A stretch of 64,000 nucleotides of DNA, from assembly GCA_964373715.1 (NCBI GenBank), contig CAYJVR010000001.1, positions 269,888-333,887 on the forward strand, written 5' to 3'. Positions 10,814 through 20,066 of the stretch are shown here, in pieces (position 1 is the stretch's first letter; every line of letters begins with the position of its first letter). This DNA comes from an uncultured Planctomycetia bacterium (GTDB taxonomy: Bacteria > Omnitrophota > Gorgyraeia > 1-14-0-20-64-10). The notes beneath the pieces are model-generated. The model worked only from the letters and a program-made list of their open reading frames with translations. It had not been told where the DNA came from and made no database searches. The translations under genes and the position numbers were made by a program.

Positions 10814-11558
10814 CGGGCTTGTCCTGAGCTTGCCGAATGGGTCTGCCGAGTATCTTGAGGACCTGTTTCAGGTCTTCCCAGGTCTCCGTCTTCGCTGCGG
10901 GATTCCGCAGCAGGTAGGCGGGATGGAAGGTAGCCACGAGAGAGATTCCCTTCCAATCGAAAACGGTGCCGCGGAGTTTTCCCATCGGCGCGTCGATCCC
11001 CAAGAGATTGGTGATGGCTGTTTTTCCGAGCGCGCAGATCACCTTCGGGCGGATCGTGGTCAGCTGTGCCTCCAGGTAGGGATGGCAGGCGGCCACCTCA
11101 TCCGGTTCGGGGACCCGGTTCATCGGCGGACGGCACTTCACGATGTTGCAGATGTAAACTTGTTCCCGTTCGAAGCCCATCGCTTTGATCATCCGGTTGA
11201 GCAGTTCTCCCGCCCGGCCGACGAACGGCCTTCCCTGCATGTCTTCATCCCTGCCCGGGCCTTCTCCGACGAAGACGATCTCTGCATCCAATGAGCCTTC
11301 CCCCCAGACGACCGAATTCCTGCCCTGCGCCAGCTTGCAAGCTTGGCAGGAGAGGGCTTTCTGCCGCAAAGGTTCGAGGGCGGCCGCTTTGCCGGAGGAG
11401 TCCAGCGCCGTCTCGTTTTGAGCCGCTGTTTTTTCCCGGGAGGAAGGGACCATCGTGATTCCGAAATCCTGGCTGGTTTTCAGCAGCCGACGGGTCTGGC
11501 CGATGACTCCATCGAGTTCTTGACGCGGATCCGATTTTTTTGTCTCTTCTCTGTTCAT
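10800..11558 (-). CDS. uracil-DNA glycosylase, family 4
   Basis: GEGPGRDEDMQGRPFVGRAGELL and HPAYLLR motifs. The start was set at the ATG (11558) that overlaps the upstream stop as ATGA; the longer tool ORF adds a basic extension. Confidence 0.8.
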   Translation of the reverse strand: MNREETKKSDPRQELDGVIGQTRRLLKTSQDFGITMVPSSREKTAAQNETALDSSGKAAALEPLRQKALSCQACKLAQGRNSVVWGEGSLDAEIVFVGEGPGRDEDMQGRPFVGRAGELLNRMIKAMGFEREQVYICNIVKCRPPMNRVPEPDEVAACHPYLEAQLTTIRPKVICALGKTAITNLLGIDAPMGKLRGTVFDWKGISLVATFHPAYLLRNPAAKTETWEDLKQVLKILGRPIRQAQDKPDAGG

Positions 11559-12667
11559 GGGACGACCAGTTTTGTGATCTGTTCGGCCGCGTGAGGGAGG
11601 CCGTGTTCCCGGGCTTTCTGCCGCATCTTGAGGAGTATTTCGGGATCGTTCCTGAGTTGTTGGATGATGCGCGGGATTTCGGGGACGCTTTTTGCCCACA
11701 AGGCGGCTCCCAGCTGCGTGATGATTTCGGCGTTGCGCGTTTCCTGTCCCGGGATTGGGGCGACAAGCACAAGAGGCACCCCCTTGACCAGGGCTTCCGT
11801 GCAGGTGAGCCCCCCCGCTTTTGATATGACGAGATCCGAAACCCCCATCAGCTCGTCCATGTTGTTGACAAAACCGTAAATTCGCATCATGTGCTTGACT
11901 GAAGGCCGCAGGGATTCCAGTTTCCGGAAAAGGCTGTCATTTTTTCCGACTACGATGAGCAGCTGCAGTGAATCAGACAGGGCCGCCAAGGAGTTTACGA
12001 GCGAGACAATCGGGCCTGTGCCGGCTCCCCCAGAGCCGATGAGGACTGTGAATTTTTTCTGGTCCAACCCGAGCCGCTGAATCAGTTCAGGCCTGTTTCC
12101 GTCGCTCTGGAATTTCGGGTCCACGGGGATGCCGAGGAGATGAATCTTTTCTGCCGGAACACGGCGCACGATCAGTTCCTCTTTGGCCTGAGGGGAAGCC
12201 ACCACATAGGCGTCAATACCGGGCGTCATCCACAGTGCGTGGGGCATGTAGTCGGTGACAACGGTGATCAGGCGCGCCCGTATCTTGCCCTCGGACTTCA
12301 GCCGGCCGGCCACCTCCATCGGGAAAAAATGGGTTCCGATGACCACGTCCGGATTTGTTTCCATAAGGTACTTTTCAAAATAGTTCCCATGGAGCCGGTT
12401 GCTCATTCGGTGTATCCAGCCGACGATGCCGCTGAAGGTTTTGATGTCGGTCAGGTGGTATGCCAGCCCCCAGAGGAACGGTGCCTGCTGGATCAGGCGC
12501 AGGTATCCTTTCGTGAAACTCCAGCGGTAAAGAGCGTTTGTCCCCATCAGGGCGTCCCAGACGATGATCTCGGCCGAGGAGCGGCGGTCGTGAAACGACG
12601 CGCCGATTGCCTCCGCCGCCCTTTGGTGGCCCGCTCCGGCGGGTACGTGGACGACGAGGATTTTCAT
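11555..12667 (-). CDS. diacylglycerol glycosyltransferase, MGDG-synthase/UgtP-like (GT28 family)
   Basis: N-terminus MKILVVHVPAGAGHQRAAEAI and C-terminal GT28 region (GGAG…GVPLVLVAPIPGQE). Start taken at MKIL. Confidence 0.65.
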   Translation of the reverse strand: MKILVVHVPAGAGHQRAAEAIGASFHDRRSSAEIIVWDALMGTNALYRWSFTKGYLRLIQQAPFLWGLAYHLTDIKTFSGIVGWIHRMSNRLHGNYFEKYLMETNPDVVIGTHFFPMEVAGRLKSEGKIRARLITVVTDYMPHALWMTPGIDAYVVASPQAKEELIVRRVPAEKIHLLGIPVDPKFQSDGNRPELIQRLGLDQKKFTVLIGSGGAGTGPIVSLVNSLAALSDSLQLLIVVGKNDSLFRKLESLRPSVKHMMRIYGFVNNMDELMGVSDLVISKAGGLTCTEALVKGVPLVLVAPIPGQETRNAEIITQLGAALWAKSVPEIPRIIQQLRNDPEILLKMRQKAREHGLPHAAEQITKLVVP

Positions 12668-13272
12668 GGGAGCTCTCTGAGTATCCATCCTGCGGCCGCC
12701 CGGAGGTCCTTGGCGATCCGGTCCGGCTGGACCGACAGGTGTTTCGCACTGGACCGGTTGTGTCTTCCGGAGAGCACGAGGATCTTCCCGCAGCCTGCCG
12801 AACGGGCCATGAGAATGTCCACTTCGGAATCTCCGATGACGTAAGAGCGCTTGAGGTCAATGCCGAACCGTTTTACGGCTTTCCGGATCATGCCGGTACG
12901 GGGCTTCCGGCAGCTGCAGTTCCGGTCGGGATGATGCGTGCAGTAATAGACGGCGTGGATTTTTCCGCCCACGCGGCGTATCGCTGTAAGCATCCGCCGG
13001 CTGACTTCATTCAGCTGCGGCTTCGACATGACCCCCCGCCCCACGCCCGATTGATTGGAAACGATCACCAGTGTCACCTCATGGCGGCTTAATACCCGGA
13101 TTGCCTGAAGAGATCCCGGAACAAACCGGAATTCCTCCCACCGCGTAATGTAACGGTGTTCGGGCGGTTCATTGATGACGCCGTCCCTGTCGAGAAAAAC
13201 GGCCGGTTTTTTATATCTTCTTTTGGTCGTCAAGAATTTCCCAGACTTTGGCCCATTTAAGGAAATGGACAA
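12664..13272 (-). CDS. gmhB: D-glycero-beta-D-manno-heptose 1,7-bisphosphate 7-phosphatase (HAD-IIIA)
   Basis: FLDRDGVIN motif, SNQSGVGRG, CxH…CxC zinc site (CTHHPDRNCSCRKP) and VIGDS. Confidence 0.75.
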   Translation of the reverse strand: MSISLNGPKSGKFLTTKRRYKKPAVFLDRDGVINEPPEHRYITRWEEFRFVPGSLQAIRVLSRHEVTLVIVSNQSGVGRGVMSKPQLNEVSRRMLTAIRRVGGKIHAVYYCTHHPDRNCSCRKPRTGMIRKAVKRFGIDLKRSYVIGDSEVDILMARSAGCGKILVLSGRHNRSSAKHLSVQPDRIAKDLRAAAGWILRELP

Positions 13273-15001
13273 ATGCGTAGAGGCCGGAAAAGATCAGGCC
13301 GGCCATCCCTTCCCGGAAACCTTGTTTTTTAACGTACATCTTCCAGAAAAGCTTGACCGGTTTCGCCGTGGTCTGCCGCCAGATGGTTTCCATGGAGATG
13401 GCCGGATTGCTTTCCACCAGCTGCCGGGCCTCGAGAGAGGTGTACCGGTTTTGGCGCTCGATGAACTCCTCCAGAGATCGGAACGGGTAATGTTCCACCC
13501 CTGCTTGGAGTGTGCCGATGCGTCCTTCAACAAGCAGTTTCTCGTGGACCCTGCCTTCATATCGGGCCTTCCCCCGGTAGAAAAGGTGGAGCGACTGGTG
13601 GTCCCATCCGCCGAAGCGCATCCACCGCCCTAAGAAATTATTTTTTCGGCGGAACTTATAGGCCGCGTACGGTTCCGGCGCGCGAGGGAGTTTTTCGAGT
13701 GTTTTTCGGAACGCGCCGGTGACCACTTCATCCGCGTCGAGTTGGAGGACCCAGTCTCCGTTGGCCGCGGCAGCGCCAGCATTCCGGAGGCGGCCGAAAT
13801 CATCTTTGGTTTCGTCCGTCAGTATCTTGGCGCCGGCTTTTTTGCAGATTTCCACTGTCGCGTCGGTGGAGCCTCCGTCCACAATGACGATTTCATCCAC
13901 CCATCGGACTGATTCGAGGCAGTTCCCGATCGTTTGCGCGGCGTTCTTCGAGAGGATCACCGCGGATATTCGGGATTTTCCTGCTGCGGGTCTGGTCTGG
14001 GTGTAAGGATCACCCAACCACTTCTTCCGGCCGGTTCCCGGCCACTCCTCGGTTGCTGTCTCTTTGTGCGTTGTTGGCGACTGGGGAGACTGCCCCCCTG
14101 CCACCTGCTCTCCAGCGTCACCCGCAGCTTTTCCGCGAGGCGCTCCGTTGGCGACAGGACCCGCTTCGGAAGAGGCGCTATTCTTCGCGTGCCAGTATTT
14201 GGCGAAACTGAGGAACTGGTAAGCCCCGCCGAACACCGAGATCATGTAACCTAAAAAACCCTCTTCCTTCCCCTTTTTCAGCCAGTAGCTCCGGTAAAAC
14301 CTGTCGATTGTCCTCCAGAGGGCTTTGCCGGTCGGCATCTTCCTGCCGTCCATGACCCATTTTTGCGTTTCAAGGGTGGTTTGCCTGTTCAGTTTGCCTA
14401 TGAAGTCGCCGATGTCCCTGTAGGAGTAGTGGATCAGGTCTCCCTGCAGTTTTCCCCACGGCTTGTCCGATATGGCCCTGGGATGGACGGTGGTCTCCTC
14501 CCACCGGAAGACGGCCGGCTTGAACAATTTCACCTGCGGGCTGGGGTACCACCCTCCGCGCTGGATCCAATGTTTCCCGAGGTAGTTCCGGCGGGGGACG
14601 GTGTAGATTTCGTTTGCCGGGTTTCCCGAAAACAAGCCCTTGATCTCCTGTGCTAGTTCGGGCGTGACCCTTTCGTCGGAATCAAGGCTGAAAACCCACT
14701 CATGTTTTGCCTGGGTGTGCGCCCAGTTCCGGTGGCGGCCCTCAATGTCCATTTTCCGTTTTAAGACCCGCGCCCCGAGTGATTCTGCGATTTCCGCCGT
14801 CCGGTCGGCGCTGTCGTCGTCAATTACGAGCAGTTCATCCGCCCATTCGGCCGATTTCAGGCAGTCCGCGATCCGGGCAGCCTCGTTCTTCGCCAGCACG
14901 ACGACGGAGACAGGGAGCTTTTGAGATATCAGGAGAATTCTCCCAGATTTCTCTCGCGGCTGACCGGAACGCGGCGGAGTTGTTGAGCCCACCGGATCCA
15001 C
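13211..15001 (-). CDS. bidomain glycosyltransferase: two GT2 (GT-A) domains in one polypeptide
   Basis: Domain 1 VSVVVLAKNEA…LLVIDDDSADRT; domain 2 ISAVILSKNAA…IVIVDGGSTDAT. They are separated by a Pro/Ala/Gly-rich linker. Confidence 0.7.
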   Translation of the reverse strand: MDPVGSTTPPRSGQPREKSGRILLISQKLPVSVVVLAKNEAARIADCLKSAEWADELLVIDDDSADRTAEIAESLGARVLKRKMDIEGRHRNWAHTQAKHEWVFSLDSDERVTPELAQEIKGLFSGNPANEIYTVPRRNYLGKHWIQRGGWYPSPQVKLFKPAVFRWEETTVHPRAISDKPWGKLQGDLIHYSYRDIGDFIGKLNRQTTLETQKWVMDGRKMPTGKALWRTIDRFYRSYWLKKGKEEGFLGYMISVFGGAYQFLSFAKYWHAKNSASSEAGPVANGAPRGKAAGDAGEQVAGGQSPQSPTTHKETATEEWPGTGRKKWLGDPYTQTRPAAGKSRISAVILSKNAAQTIGNCLESVRWVDEIVIVDGGSTDATVEICKKAGAKILTDETKDDFGRLRNAGAAAANGDWVLQLDADEVVTGAFRKTLEKLPRAPEPYAAYKFRRKNNFLGRWMRFGGWDHQSLHLFYRGKARYEGRVHEKLLVEGRIGTLQAGVEHYPFRSLEEFIERQNRYTSLEARQLVESNPAISMETIWRQTTAKPVKLFWKMYVKKQGFREGMAGLIFSGLYAFVHFLKWAKVWEILDDQKKI

Positions 15002-15996
15002 CGGCTGTCGTTTTCTTCAAGCGGCAGCACGATTTTCTGGAAGCCTTTTTTCTTGGCGAGTATCTTTAAGGAGGCGATCGGATAAAAGGCCTGTTTCGGA
15101 AGAACGGAACGGAAAACGTTGAGATGTTCGGGCACGGCCGGCGCCGATTCTTTCGTGCAGAAGACCCAGACGAGATGGTCCTGGTTGGCCAGGAAACGGA
15201 TCTGCCGGCTCAGCCGGCCGGCATCCTTGAGGGAACCGTTCGCCCCGGCGATCCAGGCGATCCTTTCCTGGGAGGGCATGGCCCATCTTTCGAGGAACCG
15301 TTTTTTGTTCTGCTCGAACAGTTTCTCTTTTTCGGGGTTTTTGTTCATCGTGGCGCTGCCGAGATGGTAAACGTAGCAGCCTTTCGCGATCGCGCAGATG
15401 AAGCCGGCCTGCCGGACGCGCATGGAATAATCCGCGTCTTCGTAATACATGAACTGGAACTTTTCGTCGAGGAGACCTACCTGTTCGATGACCGCTCTGG
15501 GCAGGAGCATGCAGAAAGCGACGCAGTTCCAGTATTCCATCCAGCGGCCCTGCTGATCCTTCAGCCGTCCGGCGGTCTCGTCCGGCCCTTCGTTCCGGCG
15601 CGGCAGTGTGCCGAACTCGTTGCTCATCGGGTTGAGCAGGCCTATCTGGGGATTTGCTTCGGCGACCCGGAGGAGTTCATCGAGCCAGCTTTCGGTGACG
15701 ATGACGTCGTTGTTCATCACGCAGACCCACGGCGCGGTTGTTCTTGAGAGCCCGTCGTTGATTCCTTTTGAGAAACCGTCGTTCCGGGTCCGGCGCACGA
15801 TCTCGAGACGCACATGGTCCGTCCCCTTCAGGCTGTTGAGGTAGCCGACCGCTTCCGGTTCGGTGCTGGCGTTGTCCACGAGGATCAGGCGGCAGGGTTT
15901 CTTTGTGTGGCGGGTGATGCTCTCGACGCATGGCTTTAAAAGATCCGCCCGATTCCATGTGAGAAGAACGATGTCGCAGAGGGGCGAGGGTGTCAT
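14929..15996 (-). CDS. glycosyltransferase family 2 with C-terminal extension
   Basis: CDIVLLTWNRADLL…LILVDNAST…NDG; paralog of the next gene. Start set at the ATGA overlap (15996). Confidence 0.7.
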   Translation of the reverse strand: MTPSPLCDIVLLTWNRADLLKPCVESITRHTKKPCRLILVDNASTEPEAVGYLNSLKGTDHVRLEIVRRTRNDGFSKGINDGLSRTTAPWVCVMNNDVIVTESWLDELLRVAEANPQIGLLNPMSNEFGTLPRRNEGPDETAGRLKDQQGRWMEYWNCVAFCMLLPRAVIEQVGLLDEKFQFMYYEDADYSMRVRQAGFICAIAKGCYVYHLGSATMNKNPEKEKLFEQNKKRFLERWAMPSQERIAWIAGANGSLKDAGRLSRQIRFLANQDHLVWVFCTKESAPAVPEHLNVFRSVLPKQAFYPIASLKILAKKKGFQKIVLPLEENDSRWIRWAQQLRRVPVSRERNLGEFS

Positions 15997-17075
15997 GTGC
16001 GGGCCAGTTCGGAGCAATGGCGGAGGATCTGGTCCCCTGTCGGAGTTTGGAGGACATCGGCGCCGTGAAGCCAGCGGAAACGGCGCAGCCAGTTTGTCCA
16101 TGCCGGGTCGTAGCTGATGGCCAGATGGAAAGGTTTTTTCCTCTTTGTCAGAAGGCGCCAGATTGCTTTTCGGCGCCAGTTTCGCGTGGAGGCCTCAAGC
16201 TGGACGACCTGTGCGTGGGATGCAAGCGGTTCAGAAAGAGCTCCTTCCGGAGCCATCAGGTAGAGCCAGTGTCCCTGCCCGAGCAGTTCCAGAGCGGTTT
16301 GTTGCGGAAAGGGGGAGCCGTTCAGCGCCGGCCCGAAGTAAGACCAGAGTATCCTCAGCCGTTTCCCCCAGATTTTCTCAAAGCGCTGTTTGTTTTGCTC
16401 GAAAGCCCCTTTATGCCCCTCCAAATGGCGGAAAGAGCCTTTCTCTTCATGGAAAACGTAGGAGGCGCAGGCCCTCACGCAGCGTAAGCCGGCCTGGCGC
16501 ACCCGCCGTGAAAGGTCATCATCGTCAAAATAGCCCATGCCGAACTCCTCATTCAGGAGCCCTATTTTATCGAAGAGGGATCGTTTCGCAAGCAGGCAGA
16601 ACCCCAGCGCGACCGTGAGGTTTGTCACCTGGCCCGACCGGTTTTTAAGGCCGGCCGCATATTCTTCAAGAGGGGTCTTCCCCGCTTGAAAGCCGAGCGA
16701 GTTGCTTGTTGGGTTGACCAGCCCGATATTGTCGTTCTGTTGAGCCGCTTTGATCAGCTCAGCCAGCCATCCCGGGCTTAGGATCGTATCGTTGTTCAGC
16801 AGGCAGATCCATTCGGAGTTTGCCGCCCGGATTCCCTGGTTGACCCCTTTGATGAAGCCAAGGTTCTCTTCGTTTCGGATGATCTGGACCGGAAATGAGG
16901 ATGAGGCTTGGAATTCCGCCAGTAAACGGCGTGTGGGCGTCTCGGACCCGTTATCCACCAGGATGAGCCGCACCTGCTCTTTTGTCGAACGAATGATGCT
17001 TTGCAAGCACCGTTCGGTTAGCTCAGGCTGGTTCCAGATCGGGATGATGATGTCGCAGACGGTGGGGGCGTTCAT
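15993..17075 (-). CDS. glycosyltransferase family 2 with C-terminal extension (paralog)
   Basis: CDIIIPIWNQPELT…LILVDNGSE…LLNNDT; start overlaps the upstream stop (ATGA). Confidence 0.7.
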   Translation of the reverse strand: MNAPTVCDIIIPIWNQPELTERCLQSIIRSTKEQVRLILVDNGSETPTRRLLAEFQASSSFPVQIIRNEENLGFIKGVNQGIRAANSEWICLLNNDTILSPGWLAELIKAAQQNDNIGLVNPTSNSLGFQAGKTPLEEYAAGLKNRSGQVTNLTVALGFCLLAKRSLFDKIGLLNEEFGMGYFDDDDLSRRVRQAGLRCVRACASYVFHEEKGSFRHLEGHKGAFEQNKQRFEKIWGKRLRILWSYFGPALNGSPFPQQTALELLGQGHWLYLMAPEGALSEPLASHAQVVQLEASTRNWRRKAIWRLLTKRKKPFHLAISYDPAWTNWLRRFRWLHGADVLQTPTGDQILRHCSELART

Positions 17076-18193
17076 CCTTGCGTCAGGCCGCGGAGCTCCA
17101 TTTCCTGCGCTGCCTTGTCCACCTGGTCTTTAGCGGATACGTTCTGCCCCCATTCCGCGAGTTCCGAGAGGCCCTTCTCGAGTGCGATTGAGGGGGAGAA
17201 GCCGATGGAGCGGATCGCGCTTATGTCGGCAAAGCAGTGCCGTATGTCGCCGGCCCGGTACTTGTTGGGGATGTCCGGCTGTATCGCTTTTCCGTAGAGG
17301 CGGGCAAGCGTTTTCGCGATATCGAGGATGGAGATGGATTTCCCCGATCCGACGTTGAAAGCCCCGTAATCGGCGTTCGGGGTGGTAAGCGCGAGCAGGT
17401 TCGCCCGCACGATATCGGACACGTGGACGAAATCCCTGGACTGCAAGCCGTCCTCGTAGGTCAGTGGGGGATTCCCGTTCTTAATCCGCGCGGAAAAAAT
17501 GGCGCACACGCCGGTGTAAGGATTTGACAGCGCTTGCCTCGGGCCGTACACGTTGAAGTAGCGCAGCGCCACCGTCGGTATCCGGTAAGCCCTTCCGACA
17601 GTCAGGCAGATCTCCTCCTGGTCCCTTTTAGAAACCGCGTAGACCGATGTCGGGTATAGCGGTTTTCCCTCAGGGGTCGGTTCGGCCTGGATTGGTTTCG
17701 AACAGCGAGGGCAGCGCATCTCCCAGTCGTGGCGTTTTAACTGCGCTTCCTCCCGCACCGTCGGAGTGACCGGGCCGCAGACGGAGCAACGGTAAGCGCC
17801 TTCGCCGTAAATGCTCATCGAGCTGGCCACGACGAGTTTCTTTACGGGGAGTTTTTCATTAACGATCACATCGAGCAGGGTCCCTGTGCCTCCAACGTTG
17901 GCTGAAAGATATTTTTCAATCTGGTACATGGATTGTCCGACTCCGACAACCGCTGCTTCATGGAAGACGGCCTCAACATCCCGCAGGGACTTCTTTAATG
18001 TCTCCCTGTCCCGAACATCGCCCCAGATGTATTCCGCACCGGGGTTAAGGTAATCCGGTTTTTTCCCTTCGTGCACCTGCTCTTCAAGGCAGTCCAGCAC
18101 TCGCACCTGGTGGCCGTCCTTCACTAGCGCGTCTGTCAGGTGCGATCCGATGAATCCGGCCCCGCCGGTAACGAGAACTTTCATCTTGGCCAC
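17072..18193 (-). CDS. NAD-dependent epimerase/dehydratase (extended SDR) carrying a Cys4 zinc-ribbon insertion
   Basis: [12 protein letters not shown]ossmann motif, catalytic SSMSIYG and YAVSK. Inserted between them is CSVCGP…(16 aa)…CPRCSKP. Confidence 0.75.
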   Translation of the reverse strand: MAKMKVLVTGGAGFIGSHLTDALVKDGHQVRVLDCLEEQVHEGKKPDYLNPGAEYIWGDVRDRETLKKSLRDVEAVFHEAAVVGVGQSMYQIEKYLSANVGGTGTLLDVIVNEKLPVKKLVVASSMSIYGEGAYRCSVCGPVTPTVREEAQLKRHDWEMRCPRCSKPIQAEPTPEGKPLYPTSVYAVSKRDQEEICLTVGRAYRIPTVALRYFNVYGPRQALSNPYTGVCAIFSARIKNGNPPLTYEDGLQSRDFVHVSDIVRANLLALTTPNADYGAFNVGSGKSISILDIAKTLARLYGKAIQPDIPNKYRAGDIRHCFADISAIRSIGFSPSIALEKGLSELAEWGQNVSAKDQVDKAAQEMELRGLTQG

Positions 18194-18205
18194 GGGTTTA
18201 TCCTC

Positions 18206-19042
18206 CTAAGGGATGATGTCCAAAGCATAGTAAGGGTGGTTTTTCATCACTGCTGGAAAATCGTTCGGTGCCTGCTCAAGCGCCCGCGGGAACTTTGGAG
18301 GGTCGACCGGATGGATGTTGGCCATTGCCCTGTCGGACGGCCATTTTTCCCACACGTTGCTTACCCAGTCTTCCTTGATTTCGTGGGCGTGACTGAAGGT
18401 CTTGAACTTGTCTTTCATCGCGGCGGCGGACCGGGCGTATGAAAGATGGTAAAAAACGGCTTTCTCGGGCGGAAATTCGTAAACGGGCCCCAGGCTGTTG
18501 GTCTCGTTTTGCCCGGTGAACCGCAGGTCATAGGGGAATTTTATCCCCAGGATGTTCCGGCGCCGTGTCATCTTGAAGATCCGGCGGGGCCGCCAGGACA
18601 TCTCCTGGGCCGGGATCCGGTAGCGGAACGAGCGCCAGAAGATGTGGCATTTGATGATGAACGTGCCGGTGGCCGGCTGCTTCCCGATCTCCTCGCGTAT
18701 GTTTTTTAAATGGTCTTCCCGGTACACCTCGTCGCCGTCCACCAGCCAGTAATAGTCGGTGCCGTCTTCCAGGCAGAGTTTCATGCCGGTATTCCGGTGC
18801 TCCACTTCGGAGCCCCACACTCCTTTGACGACGGTGATCTTGGGGTCCGTTTTGGCGAGGGCGTCAACGATTGCCTCTGTCCCGTCCGGTGTGGATATTT
18901 CCCTGGCGTTGGGGTTGTAGGCGTTGTAAGGGGCCAGCCCGAGCAGAAGGAGGACTCTGTCCACCGCGGGGAGTATTCCCCGCACAGCCCATTCGAGATA
19001 CTCTTTTTCGTTGTAGACGCAGAAAACAGCCGTGATTTTCAT
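18206..19042 (-). CDS. putative GT-A fold glycosyltransferase (GT2-like)
   Basis: N-terminal ITAVFCVYNE and a DxD-like LVDGDE; it sits among GT genes. The family assignment is tentative. Confidence 0.45.
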   Translation of the reverse strand: MKITAVFCVYNEKEYLEWAVRGILPAVDRVLLLLGLAPYNAYNPNAREISTPDGTEAIVDALAKTDPKITVVKGVWGSEVEHRNTGMKLCLEDGTDYYWLVDGDEVYREDHLKNIREEIGKQPATGTFIIKCHIFWRSFRYRIPAQEMSWRPRRIFKMTRRRNILGIKFPYDLRFTGQNETNSLGPVYEFPPEKAVFYHLSYARSAAAMKDKFKTFSHAHEIKEDWVSNVWEKWPSDRAMANIHPVDPPKFPRALEQAPNDFPAVMKNHPYYALDIIP

Positions 19043-19079
19043 TTTTACCGCAGCATGGATTGGTTGGTTCGAGGCGCGG

Positions 19080-20066
19080 TTACCGCACCGCTTCCCCGTT
19101 CGAGAATTCCTCGCGGATGAGGAACAGGGGGCGCGCCTTCAGTTCATCGAAAATGACAGCGATGTATTCGGCGATGATCGCTAGCAGAAGGCCTTGAATG
19201 AAGCCGGTCATGCCCAGCAGCGCTGTTGTGGTTGCCCAACCGGGAATAGCAAGATTAGTGAACAACTTGACTATGATGGCAGACAGGCCGATCATAAACA
19301 AGGTAAATCCGTAAAGGATTGAGAGGATGCTGGCGCACCGTAAAGGAGTCTTGGAGAACGAGATAAGCGCTGTTTTTGCCAGCCGCAGCATCCCGCTGAG
19401 TCCCACGCGGCTTTTTCCCATGGTCCTGCCGGGCCTGTCGTAGGGGATGGTCGCTTGCTTGCCGCCTACCCACGCCCTTAACCCGGCAAAGTAACGCTCC
19501 TTCTCAGGCATGGCGTTTAAGATGTCCACCACCCGCCTGTCCATCAGGCAGAAAGTTCCTGCCTGTTTCGGGATCGGCGTGTCCGAAATCTTATCGAGCA
19601 AGAGATAAAAGAGGGCGATGAAACAGCGCGTGGCGAAAGATTCGCGGCGGGATTTCCGGAGGCCGTAAACCACCTCGGAACCTTTTTGCCACTGTTCGAG
19701 GAATTGCGGGATCAGCTCCGGCGGGTCTTGAAGATCTCCGTCCATGACGATGACCGCCCTTCCCCGGGAGGCCGTTAATCCGGCGCTGAGGGCCGGCATA
19801 TGGCCGAAACGGCGGAACAGGTTGATGACCCGCAGTTCAGGCAGGGTCCTGCTTAAGTTGACGAGCGTCGGGAGGGTTGAGTCGGTGCTCCCGTCGTTGA
19901 CGATGATAATTTCAAAGGGGATCTTCGTCTGCCGGCAGCTTTCTGCCAGGCGCCGGATCAGTTCGGGCGCGAGGGCCTCTTCGTTGAACAAAGGGGCCAC
20001 CACGGAAAGCCCGGGACCTCCCGACGGAGGTTGTTGGCCGGAACGTGGGCTTAGGTTTTGCGTCAT
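19080..20066 (-). CDS. polyprenyl-phosphate glycosyltransferase, ArnC/DPM1-like GT2
   Basis: LSVVAPLFNEE…IIIVNDGSTDST…VMDGDLQDPPE catalytic core plus two C-terminal TM helices. Confidence 0.75.
   Translation of the reverse strand: MTQNLSPRSGQQPPSGGPGLSVVAPLFNEEALAPELIRRLAESCRQTKIPFEIIIVNDGSTDSTLPTLVNLSRTLPELRVINLFRRFGHMPALSAGLTASRGRAVIVMDGDLQDPPELIPQFLEQWQKGSEVVYGLRKSRRESFATRCFIALFYLLLDKISDTPIPKQAGTFCLMDRRVVDILNAMPEKERYFAGLRAWVGGKQATIPYDRPGRTMGKSRVGLSGMLRLAKTALISFSKTPLRCASILSILYGFTLFMIGLSAIIVKLFTNLAIPGWATTTALLGMTGFIQGLLLAIIAEYIAVIFDELKARPLFLIREEFSNGEAVR

Noticed and set aside
7287-11558. fmt-def-priA-udg as a possible unusual association
   Set aside because: fmt-def is a conserved pair, and priA and a family-4 UDG are ordinary housekeeping neighbours. 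Overlapping starts and stops simply reflect operon compaction.
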